Assembly (NCBI GenBank): GCA_963848135.1
Contig: CAWKCK010000017.1
Location: forward strand, 1,024,538 to 1,088,537
Source: an uncultured delta proteobacterium
GTDB lineage: Bacteria > Desulfobacterota > Desulfobacteria > Desulfobacterales > SG8-13
Direction of reading: 5' to 3'
Length of the DNA: 64,000 nucleotides
This document shows positions 62,213 through 64,000 of this stretch, piece by piece; the stretch's first letter is position 1; every line of letters starts with the position of its first letter. The notes beneath the pieces are model-generated. The model was given only the letters and a program-made list of their open reading frames with translations, made no database searches and was not told the origin of the DNA. Made by a program: the position numbers and the translations under genes.

Positions 62213-62485
62213 TTTAATTATTTAAGTCATCTTTCCAGTAGTCACCGGCGCCTCCAATAAAAATCCTTGGAAGGATGGCGGTAAATTAGCAAGCGGTATC
62301 TTGTATCGATTGAAATGGAACGGCCCGGACTGCGTGACAAAGGAGCTTGATTCCATATGGTTTATGCACTTATAAAGGATAATGATGGGAATTTCTGATT
62401 CAGAATATTTCGTTACCCATTTTGCTTAATAACACCACAGAGCTGACCTGATGAAAAGGTTCGACGGTTGCAGAAGGCGTGCATT

Positions 62486-63427
62486 ATGAGATGCCTGTTT
62501 AAGATTTTGCTGTTCAGCCTATTATTTTATTTTATTGGTGGGACTGTTTTTACCGGAACGCAAATGCCTACCCAGGCATATGATTCGGGCAATTCACATT
62601 CCAAGATCCAATTTTACATCGCAAGTTTTAATCTCGGCGCATTTGACCTTGCAGATACAGACACCTTGATTCCATTGGCTGACATCATTTCACGATTTGA
62701 GATTGTCGCTCTTCAAAATATCCCGGCTGAGGTTGCAGATTCCGCTTTAAATGATTTGGTTGATAAAATTAATGCATATGGCCACCAATACGATTACTTG
62801 GCTGATTCTATTTTTCAAGTTGATATGCCCAGATTTGCGTACATATACCGTACAGACATCGTGTATCCCCTTCAATGGTATACCTATTCCGGAAACCAGT
62901 TGGATGAATTTTATCAAGCCCCCTTTATTGCCAGATTCGAACACAATGATGGCGATTTTGATGTCACGCTCATCAACTATTACGAAAACCTAAAATGGGC
63001 GCCAGACGAATTGGACTTTTTGCAGAAGGTCATAAATGACGTTAAGGAAAATATTCCAGACGAATCCGATATAATCGCTTTAGGACCCGCTTATACTGAC
63101 TGCGAACGTCCCGCATCTCACGAATCCCTGAAAAGCCTGAACCAGAACGACCTCATCTGCCTCATCAATTACGGAGAGGCGCACAACCAATTTAGTGAAT
63201 CCCCCACCAACCCCCAAATAATCATAGCCGCCTATTCTGATGCGCTTTTTTGGGAGGAAGGTGAGTTGTTAAGGACTGAAGATACTGACGCAATCTTGAA
63301 TGAGGCGATTTCATCACCGGCGAGCCCGCCGGGATTTAGTGGTGTCATCGTCGTAAAAGCTGATGATGAAACAAAAAATGACACAGAAACAAAGGGATTT
63401 TGTTTCTTCAAAACTGCATCCAACTAA
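62486..63427 (+). CDS. Exported DNase I-like (EEP fold) protein with degenerate active site
   Basis: Signal/TM, IASFN, IVALQNI, YIYR, PFIARF; C-terminal GFCFFKTA. Confidence 0.65.
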   Translation: MRCLFKILLFSLLFYFIGGTVFTGTQMPTQAYDSGNSHSKIQFYIASFNLGAFDLADTDTLIPLADIISRFEIVALQNIPAEVADSALNDLVDKINAYGHQYDYLADSIFQVDMPRFAYIYRTDIVYPLQWYTYSGNQLDEFYQAPFIARFEHNDGDFDVTLINYYENLKWAPDELDFLQKVINDVKENIPDESDIIALGPAYTDCERPASHESLKSLNQNDLICLINYGEAHNQFSESPTNPQIIIAAYSDALFWEEGELLRTEDTDAILNEAISSPASPPGFSGVIVVKADDETKNDTETKGFCFFKTASN

Positions 63428-63478
63428 TGCTCTGACTCGGATCGGTCGAGGGGTAATCTGGCAAATCCTTTCAATGAC

Positions 63479-64000
63479 TTACCAGTCCGGCCATTGCCAA
63501 TCCCGGCGATCCTTTTCGTCAGCAGGCAATTCAAGTCCTTCCGGATCCAGCAGTCCGCCCCAACTGGTGCGTTCTATCATTTCGTTTCTGTTTTCAGCTG
63601 AAAGGATTTCTTCTCCCTCCCTGACTTGCCAACCGCCTCCCAGCGCCTTGTAGGTGGCCACAAGGTTGGTGCCCACCTGGCCGCTGACTACTGTCAGACG
63701 ATCAGACTGATTGGCCAGAAAACGCTGGGAATCCAAGACTCTTTGATAGTCGACGAGTCCCTCTCTATATTGCAGCAAAGATAAAACTACCGAACGTTCG
63801 GCTGCGCTGACACTTTCCTTAAGAAACCGTTCTTCTTCCCTGGAGCGTGTATAGGCCACCATCGCATCTTCGACTTCTCGTTGGGCGTTTAAGACCGTAT
63901 TTTTGTAAGTGACCACAAGCTGTTGAAAGCGGGCGTCTTCTACTCGCACGCTGTTTCTGATGCGCCCGTAATTAAGAATATCCCAGTTGAAACCGGGTCC
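63479..64000 (-). CDS. NodT/TolC-type efflux outer membrane channel, 3' part
   Basis: NAQREVEDA, YREGLVDY, YKALGGGW; open to window end. Confidence 0.9.
   Translation of the reverse strand, partial: GPGFNWDILNYGRIRNSVRVEDARFQQLVVTYKNTVLNAQREVEDAMVAYTRSREEERFLKESVSAAERSVVLSLLQYREGLVDYQRVLDSQRFLANQSDRLTVVSGQVGTNLVATYKALGGGWQVREGEEILSAENRNEMIERTSWGGLLDPEGLELPADEKDRRDWQWPDW

Overview
Chromosomal window from a sulfate-reducing Desulfobacterales-like deltaproteobacterium (inferred from gene content, sigma54 promoters and repeat families). In order it holds: a sigma54-driven operon of histidine kinase, receiver-fused SLC13/DASS transporter and receiver; mscS (internal stop) and mgtE; a higher-GC block with a Liv-type ABC transporter, a DMSO-reductase-family molybdoenzyme plus small Fe-S subunit resembling catechol dehydroxylases, a divergent MarR and a deletion scar of a CoA-ligase/acyl-CoA dehydrogenase; a futalosine menaquinone cluster (mqnD, nucleosidase, mqnP, mqnE, mqnA, mqnC); purF, citE-like lyase, SRAP, DinG-like helicase, PP2C phosphatase and an SPFH pair; PduO, a divergent UroD/MtaA-family protein, lactate permease, corrinoid protein with methyl-THF methyltransferase, and lutABC; and a decaying set of attC-bounded gene cassettes with no integrase in the window (CALIN-like). 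Several MITE-like elements share an internal bulged-hairpin module. Many frameshifts are single-base insertions typical of long-read error. No rRNA, tRNA or CRISPR array was recognised. All calls come from reading motifs by eye; no database searches were run.
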